From the NCBI GenBank assembly GCA_964036045.1, contig OZ038378.1:5890001-5954000 (forward strand): a stretch of DNA of 64,000 bases, in the 5' to 3' direction. This DNA comes from Eutreptiella sp. 'Long Island Sound 2002' (Eukaryota; Protista; Euglenida). How positions within the stretch are numbered: the stretch's first letter is position 1; each line of letters opens with the position of its first letter. A program made the position numbers and the translations under genes. Shown one piece after another: positions 1-12,049 of this stretch. The notes beneath the pieces were generated by a model. The model worked only from the letters and a program-made list of their open reading frames with translations. It was not told the origin of the DNA and did not search any database.

Positions 1-29
1 AAAACAGATAACCGCCTTCGGACACCGGG

Positions 30-440
30 AGTGTTCCCCAATTCCGTAGACCGTGCACCCAATTGTTTGACACCCTAGAGTGTGTGCAGATCGACACTCT
101 GGCCGGGAAAAGGGGCCCCCATAGGTATGTTGGTTTAGGCAGCTCTAGGGTTTGCCGGCTGCCTTGTTGCAAAGCAGCTCCAATCCCAACAAATGTGTCA
201 AGGTATTATGACGAATGCAGAATATCTCGAAGTTTGCAATCCCTGCCCTGTCCAATTTTGAGGATTCAAAATGAAGAGACCATATCAGGGGTGACTGCCG
301 CCACAGCTGTTTCTCTTTCAACCATTCGATGCAACCATTCGGTGGCCCAAGGAATGCTTTTAGCATATTTCGTGTGATGTTGTCAAACTCTTTTTTATAA
401 TCCACCCCAGTCGGGCTGTGTGGTCCTTTCACAGTCACAA
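30..440 (-). pseudogene. Degenerate non-LTR retrotransposon reverse transcriptase fragment
   Basis: Minus-strand translation gives VDYKKEFDNITRNML (RT D.KAFD-like motif). Across frameshifts it continues with GSHP*YGLFIL (QG.PLSP.LF-like) and SAFVII (decayed YxDD position). Confidence 0.45.
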
Positions 441-459
441 AGTTAAACGAACCTTTTTC

Positions 460-1130
460 TATGGGCTAGGCCATGACACATGACGCAAAAATGAAGCACT
501 TCCCAAAAATGTGTCAAGCACAAGTACGGGCCGGGCCCTGATACATGACCCAAAAAAGGGTCACTCACCGTTCTGAGCGGGCTGTCACGCATGTCCAAAT
601 ACTGCATCACGCACCGGTCTGGACGGGCCGTCACGCATATCCCTGAAATGCGTCCCACACCTATACGAGCCAGGCCGTGACACATGACCCGAAAAAAGTG
701 TCACACACTAGGCTGGGCTGCGACCTGATGCATATCTCCAAAATGCGTCACGCACTGGTTTGAGCTGCGCCATGAGCCCTTTCCCAAAAATGTGTCACGT
801 AAAAGTTTGGGCCAAGCCGTGATACACTTCCAAAAATGGCATGACACACGAGTTCGGGGTGGGCCGTCACACATTTCCGAAAAATGCCTCATGCACAAGT
901 ATGGGCCGGGCCGTTACACATGACCCAAAAATGCGTCGGGCACCAGCATGGGCCGGGCCATCACACAACTTCCAAAAATGTGCCATGGGCCAAGCTGCAC
1001 CGGGCCATGAGACATGACCACAAAATGCGTCACATGCTAGGATGGGCCGGGCCATGACACATTTTACAAAAATGCGCCACATAAAACGCTAGGCAGGGCC
1101 GTGATGCTTTTTCCAAAAAAAAAAGTTGCC
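460..1130. repeat. Degenerate tandem satellite, ~46-bp unit (GGGCCGGGCCRTGACACATGACCCAAAAATGCGTCAC core)
   Basis: Core recurs at about 528, 579, 626, 671, 716, 904, 951 and 1043. Confidence 0.9.
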
Positions 1131-1199
1131 TCATGTACAAGTCTTGGCTGGGCCGTGAGGCATGTCTAGAAATTGCACCACGCACCAGTTTGGGCTGGG

Positions 1200-2530
1200 A
1201 TGTGACCCACCTTTCATGGTTGACCCCCCCGCCCGCCCTCCCCCAGCCCCTCCCCCTTCCCCACGACTACTTCTTTAGGCCTCCTACAACTCCTTCTATG
1301 CGAAGTGGGACCCCTTGGATGACCCCGAGTCCAGCCATATTACCACACACCCTTGCCTGGGCACGGTCTCCAGCTTCTGCGACGTCCAGGGCACCGCCAT
1401 TGTGGATGCCTTGGGTATTGCATGGTGTAATCTGCCCACTTTCAATGCCCCTGCCGTGTGGTTGCAGCTCACGGCGTGCAACGGGGCCTAACTCCACATG
1501 TCCTGCCTAGCTGCCCGGCTGCTCATTGACGGGGAGGCTCCGGAGCTCAACGTGGCAATCTATGGGCCCGTGCAGTGCCCCGGCGCAGCCTACCCTGCCC
1601 CATCGTGTGGCTTGACCGAGCCGACAGCCTCACCGCCCTCATCTCCGTTGCCAACACAGGCTCCACGGTCGATCATTGTGTGTGGGGCATTAGAGGGGAG
1701 GCTTGGGCGGACAGTTTGCACGGCGTCACAAACGTGATGTGCGTCGAGGGCTAGCCCCACTACACCAGCAATCTCACCTCCGCACAACCGCTGTTGGAGG
1801 GGCTACCGCTGTACAAGACGGTGTAATGCTGGGACCAGATCGTTGCTTTCACGGTGTTGAGTGCCGCCCCTAGGCTGAGGAGGTGTGCAGCAAGGCTCAC
1901 GCCCGTCAGGGGGTAGTTTGGGCACTTTCCCACGACGGTAGACGGTAGCAAGTCCCAGTGCCCTGGCTGCAGCCCCACCGCCACATATTACTCCACCAGC
2001 GCTAGGGCAAAGGTGTCAAACCCGGTCCGCATCACCTACATCTTCGGTAGCGACGACAGGGCGGCCGCATGGGACAAGCGGAGCACCAAGGCCCGTGTGG
2101 GTGACGGTCAAGGTGCAGTACCAATCGTTTCACGCCGGCACGAGCAACCACCGCCTATTGATCGACACCAGCCTCCCGATATCCGGCAGTGTCCAGCACA
2201 TGGCACAGCCCCGCTTGAAGTCCCCGTGCATGGGGAACAAAAGTGCGTTGGAGCCGCAAGGGTTCGGCTTCGAGGTCACAGGGTCGTTCATCGCCTCCTA
2301 CTTTGCAGTGGGGCCGGCTGGGGAATCCACGGCGCCGGAGTGGCAGTCCCTCGGTTGGTGCACGTACGAATCGTTGGAGCCCCAGCACCGGGAGCCAGGG
2401 GAGTACCGGTTGCCGGTGCCGGCGACCAAGCGCAGAGCATGTTGGACTTGGTGGTCGACTACAGTGAGCCTCACATGCCGTTGTGGTTGGTTGTCCGCGT
2501 GCCCGTGTAGTTGTAAACCAACCCAAGCCT
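1200..2530 (+). pseudogene. Non-LTR retrotransposon 3' remnant with RNase H-like domain
   Basis: Frameshifted motifs in RNase H order: TVDGSK (~1935-1950), ITYIFGSDDRAAAW (~2030-2070), VTVKVQYQSFHAGTSNHRLLID (~2100-2165; W..KV.SH.G...N..+D-like). Confidence 0.5.
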
Positions 2531-2649
2531 TGATGATCCAGTGCCCCCCCCCCCCCCCCCTCTTTGACCGGCTTCCCGTGGTGCAGTCGCCGAGGCCGAT
2601 GTATATAGATTGCCACGGCACTTGTCATGGGGCGAGCTAGCCACCAGAT

Positions 2650-3950
2650 AGCCAAGCCTCAAATGAGCTGACCCCAACAAGGTTATACACACCCTTTTAG
2701 CATTGTCTTGGAGACTTGGTGCTAGAGATACTTATGCAACCCACTTTCATACCATTGTAATGCTACCATGGGTTGAGAGCTCTTGAAGCTCTCACTGGTA
2801 GAGGGCATCATATACTGCCATACGCAGTGCTGTAAACACTCTTGGAGCAATTCAGGATGCAAGTTTGGTAATGATGGGGAGGACCAAAGGACTTTTGGGA
2901 GGTTTGGAGATGCTAGTCCTCATTGCCCAATCTGCACTGACAAAACCCCTTAGACAATGTATGGGCAGGCGGTCCCATTACATGTTGCATTCATCTTGGT
3001 GGTGGGGCGCAATCATCATTCACACTGTATGAGTTCTTTTGTTCGATTGGGATATGCCATGGACAAATCTAGATGAGATACGGTGTATTCATCTATCACA
3101 AAAGCTACAGTCCAACTCGAAAGTGCAACCTGAAGATAAAGCTATATGTTGGCGGGAGACGCCTGCATACTACATACAGTCTGTCCTGCCAGCCTTGGTC
3201 ACCGTGATCAAGCACTCCTTTGGCTCTCGGTTGCCCTGGTTGTCCTAATGTGTTCTATGTTTGTTTGGGATGTAGAGGTGGTGATACAGTCTTAGAGTCG
3301 TAGCCGGAGTCTTTTCCTGGGAATTGAAACCGCGTACCTCTTGGTGGTATGTGTTTTTTCCGGGGGGGGGGGGGGGCAAAATTCATGTTGATGCTGGCAT
3401 TGACCCCGGTGTCCTTGTAATATGCACAATCTTTGGCAAGCGCTAGCGTCACGGACATCCAACAAACCGACGGCTACGAACGATTTCTTGGGGAAGAAAC
3501 TTCGCTCGGCATGAGAGATGAAGCAAGCAAATTTCTCCGCCATCAGTGTTGTATGGTAGTGTATTTCACGTGTGTGTATGGGTGAGGAATTCATAGGGAA
3601 TCCGGCGGACCCATGGAGTCCTTGCATGGTTTCTTTGGGGATGAGGCCCTAGTAGAAACTTCAACCATGAGGTGCAACATTAGAGGTGGCATGTTGTGGT
3701 ATGCCCGAGGGAGTGAAATGTGCTTGTGACATTGTCACTGACCACCTTCTTTTGGTATTTTGCCGTCGATTCCACTTCGGGTTTCCCAAGATCTAGTCCA
3801 CCAAGCAACAGCATTTGCATCCACAATGTGGGTTATGTGACTGGGTGGGTCTAGAAAAGGGGCTTTTGCAACGGAGCCTTTCTAAAAGTGTAGTCTAATG
3901 AATGGTGGCTCAGAAATTAGGCTACAAAGGTGTATGTTGTAAGTCGTGTA
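2650..3950 (-). pseudogene. Degenerate LINE-type RT remnant
   Basis: Minus strand, in order: SVAKAP (DxAKAF-like, ~3870), GIPQ..MLHLMVE (~3660-3705), LPYNTDG (decayed YADD, ~3545-3565). Many stops and frameshifts. Confidence 0.4.
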
Positions 3951-4379
3951 ATGTTTTTTTTTTGCTGAAAATGTGAGTACAACAAAATCACATTGGTGAG
4001 TACTAGACAACTAGGCCACATTTACCGCAAAAAAAAAACCATTTACGAAAATTTGGTTCTCGCATTTGCAGTGGGGGAAAAATTGCACAACATACCACTT
4101 TTTGGTACTCGTGTTTGCCGCATATATGGTTAGAGTCTGCCACGGCAAACCGCCGACACCCTCGCGCGATAGGTTCGTCCGTGCTCCCTCCCGGAATGCC
4201 ACACCTGTGGGAGATGGATGCCCTCCAAGGGGCTTGGGCACCCGTCAACCACATATACACGGTGGCCCAAGAGGATTGACATGAGGAATTCTCTCCTGCA
4301 TGCGTACGGCCGACACGTGTGCTGGGTCACAATTCAGGCCTAGTACCTCACAGGGGGTTGACCGGCGTGGTGGGCGCAG

Positions 4380-7030
4380 AAAAAGCCGCCATCTGCCATG
4401 GGGCCTTACGGTTGAAACATCTGGGAGCCGCGGTCCTTGCCAGCCTGCCTAATGCAGTGGTTGGCTGCGCTCTTGGATCTGGTTGAGACCACGGGCCGCT
4501 CGCTGGCGCAATTGGTATCCGGTGGTTTTCTTTCAATCAGGTACCACACCTGCCAATGTGGTCCTCCTCTTCAATTCAGTCCACAGTTGCAATGTGTCTC
4601 CGTGTCCAATAAGTACAATGCGCCTCAATGCGCAATTGGCAGAGGACTACACTACCCTCATCGCCAAGGAGGGCCTCTCTGGCCCCTTGAACATGATGCC
4701 ATTGACGGTCCTCTCGGTGGTCTACTGTATGTGGGTGGGGGTGCGCCCGGAGGAGTGATCAAGGAGGATGAGACTTGGTTGCACCCCCTTGGCCTTTGGG
4801 TTCTGCCTTGCGTGTGGGGGGCTAGATGGCGCAGTGGTGACCTAGCTACTGTTGGGGCTCTGTTGCTAAGAGGATGGAAACTAGCAGGGATGGGCGTCAA
4901 CTAAAAGCAATGTTTCGACCTCATTCCCCCAAGTGGTTGTCCTCTGCGTGGCGACAGAGCTGAGAATGCCCCCCGCCCCCCCCGGTTTGTAGGGCCCGGG
5001 GTGCCATGTACTAGCATCTCAAGCAAGCCTTCACGCTCGCGGGAGGCCTCGGCTAGTGGGGGCACGCGACTAATGGCATTTTGCAAGGCTGCCCCCTCTC
5101 CGCCATCCTCGTCAATGTATTGACGGGGATATGGAAGGAGGAGATCGACTCCATGGTCGCCGTGTGTCTGTACATACGCATGCCCTGCTACCAGCGCGCT
5201 GGTTGCTGCCGAGGGACAACCTGGACGAGCGGGTGGGAGTGGTCTCACAGCCCACACGCCCCAGCTTGACGGCGTTGGGAGCCTAGGGGTACGCCGATGA
5301 CACCCAGGTGGTGGCTCTAGGCATGCCCCAACTACCGCGCACGGTCCCGCCAACACAGCGGTGGTTGCGGCTCACAAGGCAGGTAGTGAATGCGGACAAG
5401 TTGGCGTCATTCGTGGAGGAGTCTAACGACCCGACCCCGTGGACCCGACCTGCTGGGCAAGACCATACCGCGTGGCCAAGAGTTCAAACAGCTTGGAATG
5501 GGCATATGCATTGGGCGGCGGCGTGGGGTGGGGCCGGTGCTTGCTGCACTTGCCAACATTCACACATCGGATAACCCCTTGTCCATCACTTAATCGCATG
5601 TCCGTCATTTATTTCCCCCTTTGTGTCAAACATTTGTTCCCCCCCCATTGCCCTTCTTGTGTTTCCCCCTAGGGAAGCCTTAAGCTCGGCGCGTGCCGCC
5701 TCCTTCAGCCCATGGAGGCATGCCTCCCTGTCTAGCACGCAGATGAGCCCGTCAAACAAATTAGCGCGCCTTGCCTATAGTTCCCACAACGCGCGGTGGC
5801 TAAGGCCGTCACATAGCCTGTGTTGTATCTGCGGCCATATGGGCTGCATCGGTGCCCCTTCATTAGCAGGCACAAGATGGCCTCCTTTGCCGATGACGTC
5901 CGTGATGCGCCCCATATGGCCTGTAGCGGCCACGTCCCCAAGCCCCGGAACCTTGCCTCCTCCATGTCGACAAGGAAGACTCCGGGGTGCTAATGACGGA
6001 CAAGGGGAAAATGATAGATAAGGAGGCAATGACGAACATGGGAAAAATGACGACGAGTGGGGAAACGACGGAATGGAAAATGACGGAGAGGGTGGAAATG
6101 ACAAACATGGGGGAAGCAACAGACACATGGGATGACGGACGGGGAAATGACGGGCATTGTGTGCTTTGGCATTTTCCTGTTGAGGCGCCCAGCACCTACC
6201 GCTGGGCGTTTTGCTGCAATTGTCAGGGTGGGGAGATTGCGTGAGGGGCTGGCATACAACCCCTTTGGCCGGACAATGAATTGAGCACAAGTTTTGAGAA
6301 GACGGTGTTGCGGGGGTATTGCTGTGAAAACGGGGAGGGCTAGGGTGGGTGGGGGTGGGGAAGGGGCATTGGAAGGGGGAGTGTGCCTGTTGGGGTGTGT
6401 GCAGGTGTGGCGGCAAGGCATGGCTCGGTCCACTGCATTGCCCCGTCTTACCCAGACATCCTCCTTGGTACACAATGAGAGTGCCATGGTGCGCCCCACC
6501 TCCCCCCCGCGCATTGAGCATGACAAGCACAAACTTGGGCTTGCCTGCCTGGTGTGGACATGTGGTGACCCGAGTACCCTAGGAGTGTTCGGTGGCGCAA
6601 GGATAAGGGCACTGGAGGCGAAGCTGCCTGCGAAAGCGGGTCGCCATGCGCGGTGCAGGTGCTCGGGGTTGTTGGCGAAGGAGGTGGATCCGGCGTCAAA
6701 ATTGCCGCATTGCAACCGCCGGTCCAAGCACATGTGCAACAAAGCAGAAAGCACAACAAAAGCTTGGCCTTGTGTTGTGTAGCTCCCATGCCCCCTTGAC
6801 TGGTTGCCTGCGTTGGTTGGTTGCCTGCGTTGTGCAGTGTGTGGAGAACAACGACACCCAAACTATAGGAGCTAGATAACACCCCTATGGGCACCCTAGG
6901 ATGCATAACGTCAAGGCCCGCGAGCACCCGTGCTTACTCAACAGTGTCCTCGAGAGGAACGGCTATCATGGTGGGTGTAAACGTGAAACAGCACCTGCCC
7001 CGAACGCGAGATGACCCACTGCCTTCCATC
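4380..7030 (+). mobile_element. Decayed non-LTR retrotransposon pol (RT followed by RNase H-like region), interrupted by small insertions
   Basis: MPLTVLSVVYCMW (~4695-4735), MGVN*KQCFDLIP (~4890-4930), NGILQGCPLSAILVNV (~5072-5120), GYADDTQ (TAC GCC GAT GAC at 5290-5301), VVNADK and EFKQLGMGI (~5380-5510), and VNVKQH near 6975-6990. Confidence 0.85.
5990..6170. repeat. Purine-rich minisatellite (GGGAAAATGACG-type units)
   Basis: Repeated GGAAA(A)TGAC motifs inside the RT element. Confidence 0.8.
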
Positions 7031-7289
7031 TTGACAGGCGAAATTCCCAAAGGGGGGGGGTGCGACATGCGGTCTTTGACGCAGCCATGTACATAGTGCG
7101 CACACAGTGCGAAGTTTTGTATGCGGGCAACTATCTCAACCGTGGCTTCGACCCTTCAACAAGGGTTTGTCGTTCCATGATAGGGTTTTTCCTTAGCTTC
7201 TCATGCATTCGGCATATGACACATTTGAATTATTATACATGTTCCCCATTTTCACCCATTTGTACCCGTTTTCAAACGCTTGCACGCTG

Positions 7290-7500
7290 CAGTGCCGCCC
7301 CTCGAGGTGGCGTGACGGATTCCCATGCTTTGGTGTGGCCCATTGAGGTGGGGTGATGCACTCGCATGCTTTGGCGTGGCCCCTTGAGTTGGGGTTAACG
7401 ACTCCCACGCTTCGGTGTGGGTCCTTGAGTTAGGGTTCAGGACTCCCACACTTGGGTGTGGCCCCTCGAGATGGGGTTAAGGACTCCCGGGCCCCCACAG
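7290..7500. repeat. Tandem repeat, ~41-42-bp unit, ~5 copies
   Basis: CCA(T/C)GCTT(T/C)GG(T/C)GTGG(C/G)(C/T)CC-type core at ~7323, 7365, 7406 and 7447. Units contain TTGGGGTT/TTAGGGTT. Confidence 0.85.
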
Positions 7501-7569
7501 CTGGGGTCTCGGTCTACTTCTCGCTCTAGCTTGTCGGTAGTACCACTACCAACATATCCCAACCACAAG

Positions 7570-7615
7570 CAAAACCCAAACCCAAACCCAAACCTAGGCC
7601 CAAACCAACCGCTAA
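7570..7615. repeat. Short (CCCAAA)n telomere-like tract
   Basis: AAACCCAAACCCAAACCCAAACCTAGGCCCAAACC. Confidence 0.7.
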
Positions 7616-7989
7616 ACTTGTTGAAACAGAAGAAGGAGACGAATCACTGACGGAAAAAGAGATGCACACCAAGTTAGATAATTAAATCATAACATATTTC
7701 ATATGTGTGCACAATAACATGGCACACCCCATCACCCCAACCCCAAACATGTTGATTGGTGGATTGATCGGTGTTCTGCAAAGAGCTCCAAGGAGCCTCA
7801 AACAATATACACACAACTCGCTAGGGGGAATGTTTGCCCGGCGCGTGCCCTGCGCGCTACTTTTCGATTAAGTATCCCGACTTTAGCCCCAGATTTTACA
7901 CTCTTATGGAGAAGCCCCCCAAGTAGACCACGTTGCATTGCACACGTTCCCTACAAAGCACGTGGCATAATAAAGCAATATCAGTGAAT

Positions 7990-8830
7990 TCAGCAACTCC
8001 AACTGTCATCTGTATTGTACTCATCAAACAACATTGGTCCCACAAGTGTGGGTGTCAATACATTCAGTAGAATAGTGCTCCTTACACTCATCACAAACTT
8101 CGACGGTGGAGCGCTTCTGGCAGCACAACACACACACTTCTGCCTCATCCTCTGCCTCATCTTGCGTGCCACAACCGAGCAAACGGCTGCTCAATGCGTG
8201 CCCTATAGCACCCGTGCACGTCATTGTAACATTGTTGGCGGGGTGTCAAAGCGCCATTCTTTCTTCCAATGAATGGCACAATGACATGAATGCGGCCTTT
8301 ATAAGCACCATCATGGCCCCCAACTTCGAAATCAAAGAAATCACCTTGGGCACGAGAAGGTCCATACCCATCCCAACTCTCTGCAAAACATCTGCTGATG
8401 TCCTGGGGGCCAAGGGGCAAATCCATATAATGTTGCCCCACATATCAACGGCAACAGTCCACGGGTGGGGCACGGGTCACAAAAGATGCCCGGTGAATCC
8501 CCCCTGAACCAATCAACCGCACCGGTGTTCACTTTGTTACGGCGGAGGATTTGTATATAAAGCATGGCAACGAAGGGTTGTTGTGCCGGGAGGACCTCTT
8601 CCGATACCTCTTTTTTGTGGAGCAGAATCCAAGTTGGGACAACTATGCCTACATGTCTAATTCAAACTCAAAAATATGTGATCTTACGCCGGTAACGCCG
8701 GCGGATGTTACGATTTGATATCAACGTGGTCCGTTGCGAAGACGCCAACACTTCTTTGATTATGAAGCAGGTAATCACGGTGGCGCTTACCAGGGTCGCT
8801 TGCAGAATGCTGTACTCTGAGGGGATGTTT
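7990..8830 (-). pseudogene. DDE_Tnp_4 (PIF/Harbinger-IS5/ISL2EU-like) transposase pseudogene with C-terminal Cys/His finger
   Basis: WTVAVDMWGNIIWICPLAPRTSAD, then a frameshift to GHDGAYKGRIHVIVPF..LTPRQQCYNDVHGCYRARIEQPFARL. This fits the family pattern D..Y...P....T..Q..YN..H...R..+E..F..L. It is followed by CVLCCQKRSTVEVCDECKEHYSTECIDTHTC. Confidence 0.75.
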
Positions 8831-9632
8831 GTCTAGCGGCGACCACAGCATGCTTGGCGTGCTACCTTTGTGCCAAGTATCTTATTTCTAGCCCCAAGTT
8901 TATCCTCACGTAGGGAGTCAACTTGATAATATATTTCAATGGGTTCTAGACAACAAAACATTGTACCTATGTGGCGGATCCCGCAAATGCTGTCCGATTC
9001 TAGGAGGGGAATCCTGTTGGCTCCATCATGTATTCGGTCTGTCCATTGACTGGACCGTTGGGAGCGTGTATAACTATGCTATGTGGGTGAAGGGGAAGGG
9101 ATGGGTGGAGATTGATGTTGAACGATCCGGGGCTATGGAGCGGCAGCTATATCTGAAATACTGGAGGGCCATTCACAACAAAGACCGCCAGGCAAAGAAT
9201 CTGACATCGGTGGGGGGCTGTGTATCGAAACCCTTGCTGAAGGTCGGGGACCGGTACATGGTGGTTGTGTTGTGTATCCTTCACCTGCTGATGTGTGTGG
9301 GGAAGTATTTGATGGGTTTCATTAGGAGTGGGGCAAAAAAGCTCAAGCCGGCTAGACGAAAGAAGATTAATGCTGTACTGAAGCGCTCCAAGACAGGGAT
9401 GACCGAGGGAGGTGTCGGTGCCTTGGATGGCGAGGAGACATGGAACCTTCTGAAAGCATGGGCTAAATTATCCAAACTCCTCCGTGTGGACGTCAAGACC
9501 CATAAGGTAGTGACAGGGATATACACCTTGCTATGCAACATGTATAGCACCATATTCAATCCAAAAGTCCTCAAACGCCGTAAGATAGCAAGGCGCTTCC
9601 ATGCAGCCATCATGCCAAATGTGCGCTCGTTG

Positions 9633-11668
9633 TGGGAGGCGCGCGCTCGCGATTTTTTCGCGCTTGGCAAAGGTGATAAGACGCCAGTTGCTCACAATAA
9701 TTTCCAATGGCAAGCGGAATTACCCAATCCTTTCAAAGTATGCAAAAAACGAATTTGCGGATGACCCGAGGGGTCCAGCCCGTCTTCAGGAGCTATCGGC
9801 CGCTTGACGCGGGGTATCCGTCTTTCTGCTGCAGCTGAGGACACCGCCGATTACCGAAAGCCAGCCCAACTATGTTACACAAACAGCGCTTCAACTGGGT
9901 GCACTTCCGTTGATTTTGAGAAAGATCAAGCGCCGACATGGAGATCAATCAAGATCCGCATTGCCTGCGTGCCAGCGCCGAAAGACTCAAAAAGAGCTTC
10001 CGTTCTCCGTTTTAATGTTTTCAGAAGCCTGTCTGTCTCAACAGCCGCCGGATTTGGATACAACGAGTTCCCTGATAAGTTGACTCGCAATGCCTGCCCG
10101 CCAGCGCCGTGTGACTCAAGATGAGCTTCCGTTCACCGTCTTTCCAATGTTCGAAGCCTGTTGCCTCAACCGCCGCCGAATTTTGATAAAACAAGTTCCC
10201 TGGTAAACAAATGACTCGCAAGGACTGCCCGCCAGCGCCGTGTGACTCAAGATGAGCTTCCGTTCACCGTCTTCCGATGTTCGAAGCCTGTCTGCCTCAA
10301 CCGCCGCCGGATTTTGATAAAACAAGTTCCCTGATAAACAAATGAGCCGGAAGGACTGCCCGCCAGCGCCGTGTGACTCAAGATGAGCTTCCGTTCATCG
10401 TCTTCCGATGTTCGAAGCCTGTCTGCCTCAACCGGCGCCGGATTACGATAAAACAAGCTCCCTGACAAACAAATGACTCGCAAGGCCTGCATGCCAGCGC
10501 CGTGTGACTGAATATGAGCTTCCGTTCAACGCCTTTCCAATATTCGAAGCCTGTCTGCCACGACCGCCGCCGGTTAGTGACGAGACGAGCTCCCTGATGA
10601 ACAATTGACTCGTTCCCCGAAGCGCGTGCTACAGCACACCACTGCGGCCAGTAGCAACAGCCTCTACTAAAATGAAAACAACAACGCAGCCCGTTCCTAT
10701 GCGTCGCTCTGTCCCAGGTGCTTATTGATGATCAACAACTCCATCCGCCAGCGCCCAAGATGACAGCCACCGAGTTTGACAGCGCTGCAGTACACCATTG
10801 CAGCCAGGCATGAACGTGGACTGCCTCCAAAGCCTACATCGACCATCCTTCCGAGCACTCCACTTACGCTGCACCATGTCCAGTCCTTCTCTCTGAAGAA
10901 CTGATGACCAAGCAACTCAAGAAGTGTTTAAACTACCGCCGACTGTCCACTGCATCTACTTCTGATCTAAATCTGAATCTGAATTTTGACTTAACACCAG
11001 AGCCCTGCCCTTTGGCTGGCAGCCCTTTAAATACGTCCTGGAGCCCACAAGAATATCCAGGTTTGCCCTCTTTTTGATCGCTATGACACCATGAATACGT
11101 TTTCAGCCTCTATATAACTTATGACAACTCAGACACATGGGTTTCTCTCCTGACACGAACTCAGGTCCCCTGACGCCACACCTTGCAGATGTTTTTGAAT
11201 AACAATGCATTCTAATTTTCCACTATCTTTTCGCTGCTGTGGAGTATGGCCGACCCAGGGGCAGGAAACCCGGCTAACCACCGGGGCAATACACCCCATA
11301 GTAGGCCCAGAAACACAAAAGCAAACCACAAGTTTTCCACCGCCCCTCCAGCAGTTGACTGCATGGAAACAAACATGGAAAAACACACAGAAAGAAAAAC
11401 ACAGCCTGCACTCCCCAGTGCACCTGCATTTTTCTGTGCGAGCTGAACCCAGCCCCCTGCTTACAACAAGCCTCAGTGCAACCAATTCATCACCAAAACC
11501 TACCAATCAATCTACACCAAGAAACCATCAGAGCCATCTTTTTCGCTTTCCTAGGCGAACCGCCTCCGTGATATATTCTGTACTCCAAGTAGTGTACATA
11601 TTCTCACGAGGTCTTCCTTTGGGGGACGTCAGCCCCAGAACAAGTTGATGCGGTTAAGAACATTCAAA
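9633..11668 (+). mobile_element. 2,036-bp non-autonomous retroposon-like insertion with 16-bp target-site duplication
   Basis: AAATGTGCGCTCGTTG occurs at 9617-9632 and 11669-11684. A short A run precedes the second copy, and the host frame is restored on excision. Confidence 0.85.
9960..10620. repeat. Tandem array of 131-bp monomers, ~5 copies, no spacers
   Basis: GCCAGCGCCG(TGT/AAA)GACT starts at 9970, 10100, 10231, 10362 and 10493. Confidence 0.95.
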
Positions 11669-12049
11669 AAATGTGCGCTCGTTGCATTTCCTGTGGTCGC
11701 AAAAGGATGCGTGCCGCGTTATCGAAAATATCAAGCCATGGGGGTTGGCCATGTTTTCCGGGGCTGTAGTGCAATCGATGAATGCCGTTCTTCAGGACAT
11801 CTTTCTTGTCGCCTCAGCACGGGGAGGTGGGTGTGGGACAAAGGTTGAAGGGGAACTACGGTTGTCGCGCCAAGCAATGACACGGGCATTCGTGTACAAG
11901 GGATTGCCGCGGTGGATTGGACGGGAGAATGGAACACCCATTCATATTCAGCAGCTTGTCCAAACAATGCGGGATTTCCAAGTAGACTTGGAGTAGGTGT
12001 GCCCCCCCTCCCCATCACCACTGCCATGAGTGAAACAGCCTGCTTTCAC

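Larger units (their letters stand above)
8961..11996 (+). pseudogene. RAG1/Transib-like DDE transposase core, split into 8961-9632 and 11685-11996 by a TSD-flanked insert
   Basis: Removing 9633-11684 rejoins one frame of ~327 aa: ...IMPNVRSL|HFLWSQKDACRVIENIKPWGLAMFSGAVVQSMNAVL... The motifs CILHLLMCVG, LDGEETWNLL, SLHF and VVQSMN fall in the same order as RAG1 ALHCDIG, MNGNFARKLM, YFHK and GNESGN. Confidence 0.5.

Noticed and set aside
9960-10620. CRISPR array
   Set aside because: 131-bp units are contiguous with no unique spacers, there are no cas genes, and the context is eukaryotic.
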